DNA from: Octopus vulgaris
Lineage: Eukaryota
DNA length: 64,000 bases
Reading direction: 5' to 3'
NCBI GenBank assembly: GCA_951406725.2
Contig: OX597817.1
Location: 110,484,001-110,548,000, forward strand
The notes beneath the pieces are model-generated. The model searched no databases. It was given only the letters and a program-made list of their open reading frames with translations, and had not been told where the DNA came from. Positions 37,693-52,669 of the stretch are shown here, in pieces. Position 1 is the stretch's first letter, and every line of letters starts with the position of its first letter. Made by a program: the position numbers and the translations under genes.

Positions 37693-40518
37693 CCTTCTAA
37701 AAGACATTGGATAGTGTAGTTCTTCATTCATAGTGTCTAATGGAGTTATCATGACTGGAATATCTTTTTGATCATAGATCTCTAGGATCATGGCTAAACA
37801 ACTTGCATTATTTATAAACCTCACCAGAGAATACTGTTTCATGCCATATATCACACTCAGTATTGTCACCACCCAGCATACACCACTAACATTTTAATTA
37901 TCACATAAGTCACTTCGATACCATTTACACAATACACAGAAGATATAATAGCCAAATCACAAAATTGAATAAACATTTTGTGAATAGTCACAATACATGA
38001 TCAAAGCAAGGAAAATATGGCACTAGTTTACAATGTATCAAGTCCATTATAGAATATACTTATTTGGTTCACAATCTCTATGATAAACCACAATGTATTA
38101 AAAACAATCTAAAACAATGCTCTCTTTATTATAACAGGCTGCATCCCCCCATCCCACTTATTGATTATTTACACAATGAAACCAAGATGCTTAAATTAAA
38201 AGACGTGTTAGATGAGCAATTCATAGCTGCATTCAGTTCCAGTTGTTGAACTATATAAACAATTACTTCCAAACACCTATGTACATTAGCAATACAGCAG
38301 AAACAACTCCTGAAATACTATTGTAAATTCATTATTTCTCCCATCTGATTCAAACAAACTGCACATACTCACCAAGCAGCTACAAAATCAATTTCCTGCT
38401 TTAGATCAAACTTTGAATTAGGTGACCAACTGCCTATTATGAATTTACAGGAATTAAATTTACCTCCATGCAACTAATTATCCCTTGAATTTCTGGTTAC
38501 CATGAAATATGATAGTCAGAAAAAAATAAATTATATTGGATATATTCTCTGATTCCATAATATACCCTACAATTCCAAAAGCTGTATGACAAAATGTGTA
38601 ATATAGTGTTGTTCCAGTTAAAGCATGTACAATGATTGGATGTTCTCCCACATCAGTGGTCTGCTCCAGCAAAAGCATTACATTGCCACTTATGATTACA
38701 TAATAAAAGGTAAATTCTCTTTTTAGACTGAAATTTCTCATAAGCAGTGCAGGTGAATGTTAATTGAAAATGTCAGAAGTAATTTTTAAAAGGTTTGGGC
38801 AGCATTTGTGGAAGTTTTCATTCAGTTATATCTTTTATGAATAAAATGTAAATTTTGGTTTCTATATAGGTGAAACTTTTTCACATGATTAACATTAAAA
38901 CAGAAGATTTCTGTAGTTATGTCTTCTCATAAATCTTCTATAAGTCACTTGAAAGTTTTACAATTGCTGGCAATTGCCATTGGCTTCTCATTATTATTAT
39001 TTTTTTTTTCATGTGATACCATGCTATTCTTTCAAGGAGATAACTGCATGAAAGTGAATACATCCAAAGCTAATCACATTGTGGATATATTTGAAATCTG
39101 ATATACCTGTTTTATTTTTTAGCTTTGGTACATTGTGTTGAATGTACTGTTGTACTATTGGCTATTGTTTCCCAGTTATATTTTAAGAAGAATTATGTGC
39201 AGCGTTTATTTTGAAATGCAAATTATAAACAAAATTTCTTTCATATTTTGTATATGTGCTTGTATGGATATCTAGCTATTTATTCATTCATAAACACACA
39301 TATGCACAAGCACACACTTTCACCCCCACCCCATACATCTAGAGAAGGAGAGAATGTTTGTGTGTGTGTGTGCATACATAAGTATTTTTGTATGTATGAT
39401 CTACTTGCTAAGTTTAAACCATATAATTGCATAGCATTAGAAAGCTTCTTTTAATATCAGCTATGAAATCAATATCTTCTTGAAAGAAATCATGTCCTGG
39501 GCTTCCCTTTTGAACTTCAAGGGAAATAGAATAAAATCAGTTTAGGACTGGTAATATTTCAGCTGTTTTTTTTTTTCACTCTTTTCAATGTTGTTGTGAA
39601 CACTCCATGTTTGCATAGTATGGAAAATATAGCACCATTACTGAGATGATGTTAGCATCCAGTTAAAAAAAATCTTGTTCTAGGATCCTAGATCTATCCA
39701 CTCTGATAAAATCACATCCACAATGCACAAACACATTGTAATGTAAATTCCTCACTTCTACAACCTTTTATTCAAATAACATCATTTCTAAAAATATAAA
39801 GAAACAGATTCTAACACCTTTACATTGTATTCTACAAACACTGCCCAACATACTACTCACATATGGATGTGTTCCTACTAACAACTCTTTATTTAAATGG
39901 ATAATGAAGTCCAAATTATCAGTTAATACCACCATCTTGTTAATGGGTGTTCAGTTAGTCATTGCCCCCAAATAGTGCTGGTTAAATCTTATCTGAGATA
40001 TGTGCATGTGTTTTGTGTGAAGGAACTTATGGAGATTTTCTGAAAAACTGAAGTAACTACCATTATTGCTGAGGTGTATTTTCATTTTAGTATATCAGTT
40101 AATACTTGTATCATACTTGTATTAAATTTCCTTCATAATTCATGTTGCCACTGTTTATAAAATGATATCTATCTTTCGTTATCTATTAAAAATAAAACAG
40201 TGGATATATTTTTACACTTTTTGGTAATTATATATGATGCATCCGTTGTTAAGGTGTGTTTGCTCAGTAACTGGATCAGATTTCACGGGAAAAATTAATT
40301 GCTTCCATGCATGCTTTAAAAGTAATTTATTTTCCTTTTTTACTAAAGAACCTGAAGAATCAATTTCTTTCATATTCTAATCAAAATACTACATAGAGAA
40401 AATATTTTATGATTGGGTTATGAGCAAAAATGTGCAATAGTAAATTTTCAGAATGCTTTCTTTACAATGAGTTAAAGTGTTTTGATAATATTATCTTCTT
40501 TTAAATTTCAGTGCATGT

Positions 40519-40907
40519 GAAGGCACACGGCCTAGTGTTTGCCTCCCAATTGTCAGATTGTGGGTTTGATTCCTGGACTAGGTGGCACTTATGTTCTTGA
40601 ACAAAACAATTCCTTTCACATCACTCTGGTGTTGTATGAAAACTGGCATGTCAAAGAATAGACCTGTTGTTTCCTCTGTGTGTCATAAAAGGTGACTAAA
40701 AGAGGTTGAAGTAGGATTACACACCGACCTCATAAAACCCTCACCAACAATGACTACCCAAACAGGCACATGAGTTGGAAGGTTGTCACCTGAGTGGTGC
40801 AAAGGTGTCATCCGCCATGAGTAGGTAATCGCCAATAAATGGTGGATGCAGCAATGTGCTGTTACAGCACCTGCTTCTATACTACTAGTACTCTACTACT
40901 ACTATTA
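40519..40907 (+). mobile_element. tRNA-headed SINE-like element with structured 3' part and (CTA)n tail
   Basis: Head ggcctagtg...gggtttgattcc, central gtcataaaaggtgac hairpin, terminal ctactacta repeats. May be a chimera of two elements. Confidence 0.6.
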
Positions 40908-43900
40908 CATGTTCATTTATCCAAACAGGCAAGAATTGTATTTGCGTTTTCAATTATTACATGATTACTTATTGCAATAAAAATCGCAGCATTTTCAAGA
41001 CATATTAACTTGGCAGAATTGGTCAAGTGACAGACAAACTACTTTGGTATTTGGTATTCGGTCAAATATTCCACCCAGGTCCACTTTCAGCATTCCAGTT
41101 CATTAAAATAAGTAATGGGGTGAAAGTCAATGTAATAATGATTACATTGTGCAACAAAATTAAATTATTCTTTTGTCTTTGGTCAGTAAGTGTTATTTCC
41201 TTCTATTTAGAAATCAAAGGAAATGATTACTATTCCCGTTAAACTTACCTTTTCTAACCTGAACATCAATGTTTTAAAGCTGACCTATTTTCCATTACAT
41301 TTTAGACAGATTCAGTACTGAGTTGCTGAAGCAAAAATATCATTATAACAAATATTTTGTTCAGTAGCACAGATTTGCTTGTCAGTTGCTTGAGCTTAAC
41401 CATTTGAACATGTCCTTTAGTGGCACAATATGTGCATCTCTGACCATGAGCAGGAGTTGTGGGGGAGTGGTATGGCCATGTGTTGAGAGGGATTCTTTGG
41501 GAATTGAATAAATATAGCAGAAGCAAAGTTTGAAGCCATTTTTCTTACTTTTTAGGGGTTAGCAAATAGGAAATAACAGTTGCTACCCAAGGACAAAACT
41601 TGTGTTACACAGTATTATAAATGAGATAGTGTTAGATCATGTCCAGCACACCAACTACATCTATTGACTTAAACCTGCAAAAGAATAAAAGAAAAAAAAG
41701 CATATGTGTTTAGTATTTGAATATATTTTACTTCCCTAAGAATTCTGTTGCTGTGCAATTGTGAATTGCATTTCACATTTTATGTAAGCTGCTTTTTTAT
41801 TTGTAATCATTTTGTGTAGCTCAGTGATCACATCATGTTGAATGGAGCTGGTGTGGTGTGCTTAACATCTAAAGAACTTGTTAAAAATGCAACATTCAGA
41901 AATAAATGTTTTGTGTTTGTATTTATTTCTCTAAACATTATTGGAAAATATTTGAACTGCTTCATACCAGTTGTTTCTGAGATTACAGAGCAAACATTTA
42001 AACTAACAAGAGATGTTGGCATGACTCTGTAATTAAGAAGTTCATTTTGAAACTACATGATTTTGGGTTTAATCCCACTGTGTGGTATCTTGGGCAAATA
42101 TTTTCTACAATGTCCTTGGATTGACCAAATGCTAATGTGTGAAATTGTACTGAAACCTATTATATATATATGTGTGTGTGTTTGGTTCTGTTGACACTGT
42201 TTGGATAGTAGTGATATTTGTTTATGTCCCATAGTTCAATGGCTTGAAATGTGAAGATTAAGTACTTGGAAACAAGTAAGGGCTGGTGTTAGCAAGAGTA
42301 CCCACCTGTAAAACACTGCCTCAGATAGTTTCATCAATCTCATGTGAACATGGAAGAAGTGAATGTAAAGTGACAATAATGATGAACACAAGAGTAAAAA
42401 AAAAAAAAGAACCCCTTTGGGCTGTGTCTGGTGTTCTTGAACAAGACACTTTATTTCACATTGCTCCAGTTCACTCCGCAGCAAAAATGAGTTGCGATGT
42501 CACTGGTGCCAAGCTGTATTGGCTTTTGCCATTCCCTTGGATAACATTGGCAGCATGGAGAGGAAAAACCAGTATGCATGGGTGACTGCAGATCTTCCAC
42601 AAACAACATTGTCCAGATTTGTGCTTCAGTCTGGGCTGGGAATCAAATTCACAACTTTACGATTATAAGCTTGATGCTCTGACCACTGAGCCATGCACCT
42701 TCACAAAGTACAAAAGGGTAGGCACCAAATTCTTTTATTATTTATGGTGGGACATGTTATGTAAGAGTAGATGACAATAGAAATGTTACCATAAAAATAT
42801 TAAGAATTGCATCAATTTCAATTGTTTGGAAATGCGTACAAAGACCATGGTCATTTCCTCTCTTCCTCTGATTGTTGCAACTGAAAGAACTCACCAGAAT
42901 TGCAAATTGATAATTTGTATCCTGTCATTAGTCTTGCAGTGGATGATTTTCATTCAGTAGTCCAATTAATTTTGCTACTAAACACTTGTTGTTTAGCTCC
43001 TAATCAGGCAGTCCAGCCATTGCTAACTCTTCTTTTTGTATTACATAATAATTATGATTCCTAGTGGGTAGCTGTGGATTATCCACAGAAATAAATATCC
43101 TATTTTATTGGTAATTGTTTGCAACAAACCGAATGGAAAGGGATGGATTAAATAAGATACATAGTCCTTTATGTCATTTAATAATAGGTAATATATATAT
43201 ATATAAACTATGTAAAATTTTTGCATGGACAATTAAACTTGTATCCATTTCTACTCAGTATTCAGGTAAGTAACTTGTTAGTGTTTTCATCAAATATAGT
43301 GAAAACCAGAATAGCTAATTGCTTCTGATATGCATGTCAGTGGGAAGGAGCAGTTAGAGAAAGTGGGGAGGAGAGTGTTGAAGGCTGCTAATTTTATTAA
43401 TAGGCAGTAAGGTGTGAATTGAGGGGGATTTTGGTGCTACTTCTAGCATACACTGCATTCTTTCTTTTTTTTTTTGTCTTTAAGAAATTTGAATTAACCT
43501 TTTTTTTTAATTAATAAGTTTTTTTTAAATGAATTCAAACTTATCTAGCCTAGCTCAGAGTTTTTATAATTAAAATGCCTCTTGAATTAGTGACAAGAGA
43601 TATATGAAATTGATCTAAAATTAATCTTTAAAGAGACTGGTAGGTTACAATTTCTAGTTGAAAATATCTGATTTTCTAAATAACTAAGACACAAATTAAA
43701 AGATGCCATGCCATTATGATTGATAGATTTGTCTGTCAACCAATGAAGAGATACTTTTAGAGCTATTATTTGGTGCAGAATTTATTCAAAGTGATGATGA
43801 TGTTTGTATTTATGGTAACAAATATTAAATGAGGGGGAAAAAAAGACAGCAATGAAATAAAATAAAAGTTATATCTGCCATCTTTATTTAATAAACAACA

Positions 43901-45559
43901 TAGCTTTGGATGTAATGCAGTATTTGAATTTAGAACTATTTTAATGAAATTATTTTATCACATCAGTCATAAAGTAAACATATTAATATAGAAACAGTTT
44001 CCTTTGATAATCTTAAATATTTCTATTTTCCTTTTTTTTTCTTTTAGTTTCTTAAGCTGAAGATTAAAATGTAATAACACATGCTTATAAGAATCATTAC
44101 ATTTTAGTTCATTCTTAATTTCCAATAACTATAAGAGAAAAATGCTTGTCTGAGTAACTTTGATATATGACAAGAATTGATTTCTATAGAAAAGACCAGT
44201 GATTAACGAATTTAAAATTTTCACTTTTCTAATCAATTTTTGGAAGAGGGAGAGAGAGGTACAGTTGATGTTTTGTTTTTGTAATGAATATAAATGTTTT
44301 CTTTTTTCTTTTTTTTAAAGATCCAATAGATGAAAATATTCTTTTTGTCAAACATAATTGTTTGAAATATATTACCGTTTAAAAATGAAAGATACATTTG
44401 TGTATGTGTATTTCCATGTCTGTGCATGAATTTGAGCAGAATAAGATACCTTTAAATCATTAGTCACCTGAACAAATAGTTTTGACATAGTAAATCATCA
44501 GCTCTTAAACTAAAGGTATGAATAAATTATACTCGCATGTATTGAACAGGCTTCTTTTATAAAGCCCTCTAACACATGCTTACATATATGATCCTATAGT
44601 CTTTTGATAGAAAAGTTTTAAGATTGTATATTTCAGAAAACTACTTTAGAAAATTACATAATTTGCATTGAACTTGAAATGCTAGCAATATTTAACATTT
44701 GAGCTATTTTGATTTAAAACTGTATGATTTTAAGAACTGATTAGAAAAGAGTTAAGTCAGCCCTACCATATTTCTAGTTCTTATTGATCTAGGAGGGATG
44801 AATACCTCTGTGAGATGGATATCTACTATGCAGTAGAGTAAAGCAGTAATTCTTAATGTAGACACCTCCATAATACCCTCTTCACATTTATCACCCAAAC
44901 GGTGGCAAATATCAATTGCCTGCTTTAGAAGGCACTAGGAATTTTCTTAGAAATAAAATATTTAAACTTGGTGCAATACAATATTTTCATCATATTTTCA
45001 AACATGTCAAATGATGTGCCAGGGTACAGTATAATTTCATATGTCTTCTTTAGTAATTTGCACAGGAATTTAACATAAGGGCACCAGTCCTTGTAAATAT
45101 CTAGTTTTCTTTTGTCTCTGCAAATATGCAAAGGGAGCACTTGTAAAAATGGTATTGAATGAATAGAGTTGCTAGATCCTATGATAAGAAACACTTTTTC
45201 AAATTTCAAAGTTGTAGTTTCTTGGTAAGTGACTTGATCTAAGGGTTACATCATAGAAGAATCATGATAGCCAATTAAAACCTGAATATACTGTTATATT
45301 CACTTCTGTTTTATTTCCTTACAGTTATGTCTCTTATGAAGTGTCAAGAGGTTTTATAGTGCATCAAGATCACTTGATATGCTTTTCTAACTTCAGTAAC
45401 AAAGATAACAAGAGGAAGGTGTTAGAAAGTTACTAAACAATGTACATGGAATAAGTCAATATGAGTGGGGTGAAATAAGTTAATGTGGGGGAAACAAATA
45501 AGGTATGTTGGGATAGCTATGAAGATATTGCAGAGAATTTATTAGTGGCCACATCTGGT

Positions 45560-45670
45560 AACCCTAGATGTGGCCATTGCGCTATGGTGAAGAAAGCAAT
45601 GGGAAACCACTTCATTACTTTTCAGTTCCCAAGAACAATCATGAATAGTCGCAGTTCAATGAAGGGAGCT
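45560..45670 (+). mobile_element. RTE/BovB-like 3' tail fragment
   Basis: gaagaaagcaatgggaaaccacttc...ccaagaacaatcatg resembles BovB-type tails (from recall). Confidence 0.4.
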
Positions 45671-46519
45671 TGTGTTTGCATTATAAGAAAGTGAAAATCA
45701 GAGTTTACAGACTGAATAATTGATAAGTTATCATCCAGGTTCTGTATGGTATGATTGCTTTGCTTTATAATAAAGAAAAGTGATTAAAAAATTTTGTTTT
45801 CAATTTTGTTATAAATTGTAAAAGATAAAACTATTTCTTGAATAATGATTGCAGTTGTGTGACCCCATAAAGATGTTTGTCTTGTTCAATGCTATAAAAG
45901 TTATGAGATTATAGTTTGTTCCGATAAATCTTCATGGATACCTTTTTGTTGATGATTATAAATGTGATAATCAACTTAGAGTAAAATAATAGGTAGTTGA
46001 TAGCAATGCAATTGTAAAAAACACAGCACAGTCAAGGTGGATCTGTTAGGCCTCTTGAGTTGTAATTGGCAACTTAACTTTTTACTTAGACTGTTGCTTG
46101 CTTTACCATTTTTATTGTCCGTTCTTATTGGCAATATTAAGAATTCTTTTTATTACTGAGACCATTATGCTATGTCTGTATAATTGATTTCATAATAATT
46201 AGCTTTGCTGCATAATAAAGTTTGGTGATTGAATTGGCAAAAGTGTTAGAATGTAGACTGGTTTTGTACCAGAGTAAGGAACCATAGGTTCTATATTTAT
46301 GGAAAAGTAGCAGCATGAGAAATACTTTAGTAAATTACAGGACCTGGGTATGTCTTATGTGGCCAACAAGTTTGTTTTGTAACTGTGAAGTTTGGGGTTT
46401 GATCCCACTATGTGTCACTTTGGGCAAGTGTCTTCCATTATATGCTTGGGTTGACCAATGCCGTGTGAATAAAATTTGATAGAAACTGTTCAGAAGTTTG
46501 TTAGTAGTGGTGGTACTTG

Positions 46520-46950
46520 TTCTGGGGATGGTACATTCAATCTGCTATCTGGTTGAACAGTCACCTGGCCTTACTATCTTTTGCAGAGTCCATTCAGTTG
46601 CAAGCATTTAAACAAGGTTTCCGGTAGGTCCTGAAAAAGGTTATTATGAACTGTTCTTTGTTCTCTGAGTAAACCATTAAAAAAAAAAGCCTTTGATTAA
46701 TGCATGTGTGATAAACTATATTGGTTTGGATATTTATTGAATGTGGATGATACTTGCTTAGTGAAAATATGTGGTGAGTTCTTAAGGAGACAATTACTAG
46801 AGCTGATGCCAACCAAAGAAGACTACAAGTATGTTAGCTTTGATCTTAGAAAGTTTTATTTTATAGATATTACAGCAAAGAGTAGGAACAATTTGAAATA
46901 TACTGGTCTTTAGACATGTTCAGCTCATGCTGACATGCTAAAAACAGACA
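46520..46950 (+). pseudogene. RTE LINE 3'-end remnant
   Basis: KLYWFGYLLNVDDTCLVK resembles RLRWFGHVxRM. Confidence 0.55.
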
Positions 46951-49439
46951 AAAGAATAATGTGAAATTGTTTTTATTTAAACTCTTAAACTAGGATGCTT
47001 TAAATGAATTTAGTATTTGCTAGATTATTCTGATTTCAAATCTAACCAGAGTTAACCTTTGTTTCCATCTTCCTCCAGTCTTGATTTAAAAAGCTGTACC
47101 AGTAATATACTTAGAAAAAATTCAGCTGATTATATTTGTCTAACAAAAGAAATATGTAGAGCTTAGAATAATTCATTGTATTTATGGGTGTTAGAGTGAT
47201 GTAAAACACAGATGTTGATATCAAATGTAAATGAATAAATAAAGTTAATGCCTCTGCCTGTAAAAATGTTATCTTTTCTTTACACACCTGATCCTGAAAG
47301 CTAGGCAACAAAAGAATCAGTAATTTTTCCCTCCATCTGATAACAATAGAATTGGCTGTCACCTTTTTATTGTAAGGTATTGAAGAAAATCAATAGTCCT
47401 GCTGTAAATACAACTACACTGCTATTCAAGTAAGAAAAATTTTTGTTTGGTAGAGGATTCTAGATATTTCCTGGTGCCAGCTTTCTATAGGAAAATGCAG
47501 CTAAGATGGATAGTGGTCTTTTTGGGTTTTTTTTAACCAAAGAACATTATATACCCTAAGCTGGTTATTTAAAAAAAAAACAAAAAATCTCAACTGGTTA
47601 TTTAAAAAAAAATATAAAACTAAAAAAAAAAATGAAGTGAAATTTTTAAGGAGTATACAAGTTATGTTTTAAAGAATTTCAAAAACAATATTAGGAATAT
47701 AAATTTCTGTAGAAAATTTAAATATAAAGAGAAATATATTTATTAATTTTATATGAATGGAAAGTTAATAGAAGTGTTAAAATTGGGCTTAAAAATTTGC
47801 AATGCTATTCCTTTTCATTTTTACTATCTTATTTTCTTTTTTTCTAACACATTCATTCATGAACTGAAAAAATGGTTTTAAAACTGAGAAACATTTTAAC
47901 TGAAGGTTAAAATAGCATTTGTAAATAATAACAAAACTTTTTATTAACATTTTCTTACAACAAACTGTTTATTAATGAAAATATTCTTTCATAAACTAAC
48001 AGAAATAGAAGAAAAAAAAAAGAAAGAAAAACTTTGAAGCTATTTTATGCTCAGATGTATGTCAAGTTTATTCTCTCAGAAGGGAATATTTCTTGTTGAC
48101 AGAGCAGTTTCTGTGCTTTTATTGTTGATCTTTTAATAAAGTTTCACTAGAATTTTAATTGATGGTTGTCATGTAACTAAGTGCAATATAAAAATTAAAT
48201 GTTATTTTGTTCTCTGCAATACATCCAAATATACACTAAGCTGCTGTGAACATCTTGTATGATCTTTTAGAAGGATTCATGAAGATAATTTACCTGGATA
48301 CTAAATTCTTTGGTTTAAATTTATCTTCTGGTGGTATAATTATCAATTAGATTCTTATCAAACATGAATTAACTGCATCGAAGATGAAAGAAATGTTTCA
48401 TTGCTTGCAGAATGCACCGGTTTTTCAACCTTTATTAAAGACTATGCAGCTAAACTAGTTGGTAGAAACTCAAACTGCTAGAAACAATAAGCTACAACAC
48501 CCTCAAATTTCATCTTGTTGTCTTTAAAAAAAATCATGTTGGACTGCTGGCTGGAATGACTATAATCAAAGGTTTTCTCTGACTTGGACTAAACAAGCTA
48601 TTCAGCTAAATGAGCTAATTAGAGAACCTCTACATGGACATTTTAGAAACAATAACCTGCTAGAAATAATAGTCAAATAACACTCTGTTGTCTTTAAATA
48701 AGGAAAGGATATAGTTTTACACATTCCTGAAAGGATGAAATAGTTGTGGCCAGATTACCTTTTGATCAAAGGTTTGCTTTGCTGGATCAGAGCTGATATG
48801 AGGCTAAACAGTACCAGCAATTATGCAACTAAATCCTATATCTTAATATGTGATGATCTTTACTAATCTTTACTAAATAACTAACTGAAGGCTGTTATGG
48901 TTTTTTTGAGCTGCAAAAGTGAAAATAGTGAATTCCATGAGTAAGTGCTATTCCTGTTGTCAAACAGTCTAATGAATAAGAATGGATTTATATTATGAAG
49001 ATTAATTGGTCAACATTGCTTTCATCCCTCCTGGGGTCAATAAATGAATGTGCTAGTCTAATACTGTGGTTGACTGTATTGGCTAACTATTCCCCTCAAA
49101 GCTGCTGATCTTTTGCATAAATTAGAAACTATTCTTAGGATTAAGCCTGGTTATTGTCATACCATTGATGTTATTTTGTTTTTCTATCTTGTCCTTACAC
49201 CTTGATCTATCATTATCATAATCAGCAGTCCTTTTAACTTCAGCATCCTGAATAACCTTTCTTTCACAGCTATAGTACTCTCATTATTTTCATTGTTCCT
49301 CAAACACCATTAATACTAGCTTACCCTTCATGAATTGCTTCCTTATCACCTTATTTATTTTTCTTCTTCAAAGCACTCGTTGTTCTCTGACATTAATTAT
49401 ATATAATTATCCCTCCCCACTGCTCACCTCAGTCGTGAC

Positions 49440-50390
49440 CCCTGCCAATGGCACCAATGGAATACCGCAAGGTAACTTACTTTCATTAATTATCTTCGTA
49501 GCATATCTTGAGGTTGCATTGAGACATCTGAGAGCTCTAGTTTGCCAAAAAACAAAAAAAAAAACAAAAACAGAATGCTAACATTACCAATAGAAGCTAT
49601 AAAAGTTGATGTGGATTTTATCTCAGTCAATACAGCATTTTTACAAATTATGAAAGAACTAACACCCAAGGCACTTTTGGAATGGTTCCTTTATGTAAAC
49701 ATAGATAAGATGAAATTTACCACCATCAGCTGTAAGACCTGACAGAATTAGCTAGAAGTAGAGATAAAAATGCTGGATTCCTTCTAAATGTTGCTGAAAA
49801 CATACCCTTGAGGACAAAGCTACCAGTAGTTACATTTTAATAAATCTAAACTTTTAGGATTAGCTGTCATCTCATGGGTTGTGTGGAAAAAGCTCTATCT
49901 ATCTAGAATGCATTTATTAAACAAAGGTAATGTTGCTTCACAATGCAATAATATGGGGAATGATAAGTTAGATATAGCAGTTGGATTCTATCCACTACAA
50001 ACACTACATCTTCTTTTTAACATGTGACGGTCAATCAGAATAGGCAACACACAACTGTACAAATTATGTAAATGTAGACAATTGAGCCATGATCTTGTGG
50101 AGATTTGGTGTCTGTTTGGAAACATATTCATGTAGATTGTAGAGCCTCTACTGATATTGTCATACAAAACTATTTTGAAGAAGCAGTGATCAAGAAATTC
50201 TTTTGCCAGCTGCATACTTTTGATATGGCTTTGCATGCATAATGACTTTATCAGAAGTTCCTAAAGCCAAAGAAAGACATTTATGAGTTTAACAGACTAA
50301 CCAAAGAACAGTGTAGAAGAATGTAACAGATATTGTTAGAAGTAGGCCTCAGATGCATCTAAAGAGAAAATCTTCAGTTACACAATGGAG
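49440..50390 (+). pseudogene. Decayed non-LTR retrotransposon RT fragment
   Basis: GIPQGNLLSLIIFVAYLEVALRHLR, VDVDFIS, EWFLYVNIDK; heavily disrupted. Confidence 0.65.
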
Positions 50391-50771
50391 CTAACATACG
50401 AAAACAGTGTCCATTACCAAATTTTCAATATCAGTATGCAACCAACTAGTTAGAAATAGTAACCAATTCTCTCTCAAATCACACCCAATCATGTTCCAAA
50501 AGGAAAGGTGAAAATTGGATACATTGTGCCTGAAAATGAAAGCTGTGTTTGTCATACTTAAAATGCTTTTAATCATGTTTGTTTTATGACCTGTAACCTC
50601 GGGTAACAAAACGAATATCAAAGAGTTTCTTTTTTGTTTATAACACATTGAAAAGTAGTTTTATTAAACTTAATCTCTTCAATCAATCTTCCTTTCGACT
50701 GTTTTTTTTTTGGTAGAAACACGACTATATTTTTGCCTGCTTATATATTATATATTATATTTTAAAAAAAA

Positions 50772-52290
50772 GTCCTGTGGTGGCAGGCTACGGATAACAG
50801 GGACAGGCCTTGGTGGAACTGGAAGTCTCTAGTGCCTATCCTATACATAGGTGGTGAGCATGTGATGATCGCTCAATCAGAGACCTTGTTGCAACTCCTT
50901 TGGGTGGTAGCTATGTTCACGACTGGGCTGGCCTATTTAGGATTCCTGCTGCCCACCTTGAATGAGGAAGGCCTTGAATGAGGTGGGCTAAACATCAGAT
51001 GTCGCAACTCTACTTGACTGGAAAGCTGCATTCAGCGGGTCACCCATTCTGCAGCCGAAACACTATAATGAACTTTGCTACTTGGAATGTTTGGACACTA
51101 CTAGATCACAAGGACACAAATCGACCTGTCAGAAGAACAGCCCTCATCACACACGAACTGAGCTGTTTCGGTGTGAACTTTGCAGCTCTGAGTGAAACCA
51201 GGTTCTCAGGGGAAGGATCACTTGAAGAACAAGGTTCTGGATATACGATCTTCTGGAAAGGAAAGGAGCCTGGTCAACCTCATATGCATGGTGTGGGTTT
51301 TGCAATCAAGACAAAACTCATATAATCCTTCAGTCTGACTCCGTCTTGCATCATAGAGAGAATCATGTCCATCCGAATTCCTCTCTCAACATCTTTCATC
51401 ACTATCTTTTCCATCTATGCTCCAACACTGGATGCTGAGGACAACATAAAGGAAGAGTTCTACAATCAACTTGACCAACAACTCACAGCTGTCCCCAGTT
51501 CAGACAAAATTCTCCTACTGGGTGACTTCAACGCAAGGGTTGGCAGAGACCATCATCTATGGGAGAAGGTTGTCAGGAAAGATGGAGTCAGGAACTCCAA
51601 TGCAAATGGACATCTTCTTGGACTGTATTCTGAACACAAACTTGCTATCACAAACACCTTCTTAAGGCAGTGGAACTGCTTCAAGACTATATGGCAACAT
51701 CCCAGATCCAAACATTGGCACCTCCTAGAATATGCCATCACAAGACAATGTGATCTCAAAGATGTTCTGATCATTTGTTCTATGCTATCTGCTGATGACT
51801 GTTGGACCGACCACCATCTGGTTGTTACGCAGATAAGATGGACTCTGAAGAAGAAGACATTCCCCCCAAGATCAAATCCACCTCCCCGGAGGAAGTATGA
51901 CACCACTGCCCTCCGAGACCTCCAGAAAGTCTGTCTTTTTCAAGAGTCTGTCAAAAAGAAGTTGAATGAAAACCCCCCATGTGACAGCTCTGAGTAGACT
52001 ACGCTCAAAAACATCATCACCAAATCTGCGAGAGAGAACATGTTTCCAAAAGCGATCTTATGCAGACTGGTTCAACTCAAATAGTCTTGAAATCTCTACC
52101 CTGATTGATGCCAAGCGATCGGCACTCATTGAACATCTGAACAACCCCTCATGTTCCACGAAACTTGCCAGATTCAGGGAAGCCAAGTCACTCTGCCAAA
52201 GAAGGATTCACGAGATCGAGAATCAATGGTAGCAAGCCAAAGATGTCCAACTCCAATCCTTTGCTGACAGCCATGACATGAGGAACTTTT
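50772..52290 (+). mobile_element. RTE (BovB-like) LINE: 5' UTR plus APE endonuclease, lacking RT and 3' end
   Basis: MNFATWNVWTLLD..RPVRRTALI..EL..AALSETR, YAPT, LLGDFNARVG, WQHPRSKHWHLLEY, CWTDHHLV; stops and frameshifts. GC-richer leader from 50772. Confidence 0.9.
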
Positions 52291-52669
52291 TTGATTTCTA
52301 CAGCTGGATGCCCTTCTTAACACCAACCACTTCACAGTGTGTGCTGGATGCTTTTAATGTGTCATCAGCATACACAATTGCACATGCGCGCGCACACACA
52401 CAAGCACTCACATACACACACTTTGGTTATGAACTACATTCAATCACATTACACATTTCCACAACACATTTAGTGTATAATGAGAGGCATCTTCCATGGC
52501 TTGTATTACACAGGTACCTGACACATGGTAAAGTGCTTTGTACATAAATTTTTCTTTTTTTTGCGGTGATAATTTTAGATCCAAACAAGTACATTTGACA
52601 ACTGTAGGTCTGTTAGATTTAGATAAAGTTTTTAGTTATAAAACCTGCTTTGCTTGTATGATGATGATA

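Noticed and set aside
38919-39101. 60-aa ORF with a hydrophobic stretch
   Set aside because: The hydrophobicity derives from TTA/T runs; no recognisable homology.
50772-50890. HDV-like ribozyme in the RTE leader
   Set aside because: Could not thread P1, P1.1 and the L3 consensus.
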